DNA of 64,000 nucleotides from an uncultured Opitutia bacterium (GTDB lineage Bacteria; Verrucomicrobiota; Verrucomicrobiia; Opitutales; Opitutaceae): NCBI GenBank assembly GCA_903861185.1, contig CAIOTK010000429.1, positions 4,099 to 68,098 of the forward strand, read 5' to 3'. Shown piece by piece: positions 63,739 to 64,000 of this stretch (position 1 is its first letter; each line of letters starts with the position of its first letter). The notes under the pieces were generated by a model. It saw only the letters and a program-made list of their open reading frames with translations, ran no database searches and was not told where the DNA came from. The position numbers and the translations under genes were made by a program.

Positions 63739-63764
63739 GCCCCCGCCAGCGCGGGGGCTTTTTT
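63739..63764 (+). terminator. Rho-independent terminator
   Basis: gcccccgc-cagc-gcgggggc perfect 8-bp stem followed by tttttt, 20 nt after the stop codon. Confidence 0.88.
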
Positions 63765-63830
63765 ATTTCCGACCGCCGCCGGCGGTGAAGGCAGTTGCCT
63801 TTTATTGCAGCATCTAATCCCGATTCGGAA

Positions 63831-64000
63831 GTGAGCGAGACGCGCTATATACAAGCCAATAGCAACGGTCGGCTGCATCCTGCGGATACGCCCGCGATCA
63901 CGCCCCTGAATCGGGGCTACCTCTATGGTGATGCGGTGTACGAGGTTTGGCGCACCCACGCGGGCGTGCTCTTTGCCTTCGGGGAGCATTGGGCGCGGCT
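63831..64000 (+). CDS. Aminotransferase class IV (BCAT/D-amino acid/PabC-like), 5' part (runs off the window end)
   Basis: Not in the ORF track. Manual translation from GTG 63831: MSETRYIQANSNGRLHPADTPAITPLNRGYLYGDAVYEVWRTHAGVLFAFGEHWAR, matching the class IV motif RGxxYGDxxYE...H..R. Confidence 0.82.
   Translation, partial: MSETRYIQANSNGRLHPADTPAITPLNRGYLYGDAVYEVWRTHAGVLFAFGEHWAR

Overview
GC-rich, densely coding bacterial chromosome segment, most likely Verrucomicrobiota (Opitutaceae-like). This is inferred from an Amuc_1098-1102-type PilMNOQ-like cluster, a PSCyt/PSD1 + DUF1501 pair and 'NISTR'-type C-terminal domains. About 42 real genes are present: housekeeping (dnaE, pdhABC, hemL, nadE, maf, DAHP synthase, mutS, ffh, der), envelope and glycan genes (LpxL-WaaF fusion, sulfatase, GMC oxidoreductase pair, TolC, TonB-like) and several uncharacterised proteins. 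I found no rRNA, tRNA, CRISPR array, transposase or integrase. Most other ORFs in the track are GC-driven shadow frames, and several track ORFs are over-extended at the 5' end (starts corrected below). The most striking locus is 18285-34213. A pilin-less PilM/N-PilO-?-secretin cluster runs, 18 nt after the secretin stop, into a 2917-aa secreted protein with 23 bacterial Ig repeats, an S-layer-like helical region, an I-set Ig and a tandem, apparently unnamed C-terminal domain. This is a candidate surface-display or secretion system with its cargo and a possible sorting signal. A second unexplained feature is the ~500-nt intergenic region 48331-48826. It holds a ~36-bp hairpin built from tandem 11-mers, and its core motif recurs as a perfect palindrome on the other side of the SNF2 helicase gene. 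All family assignments come from motif recognition by eye; no database search was run.
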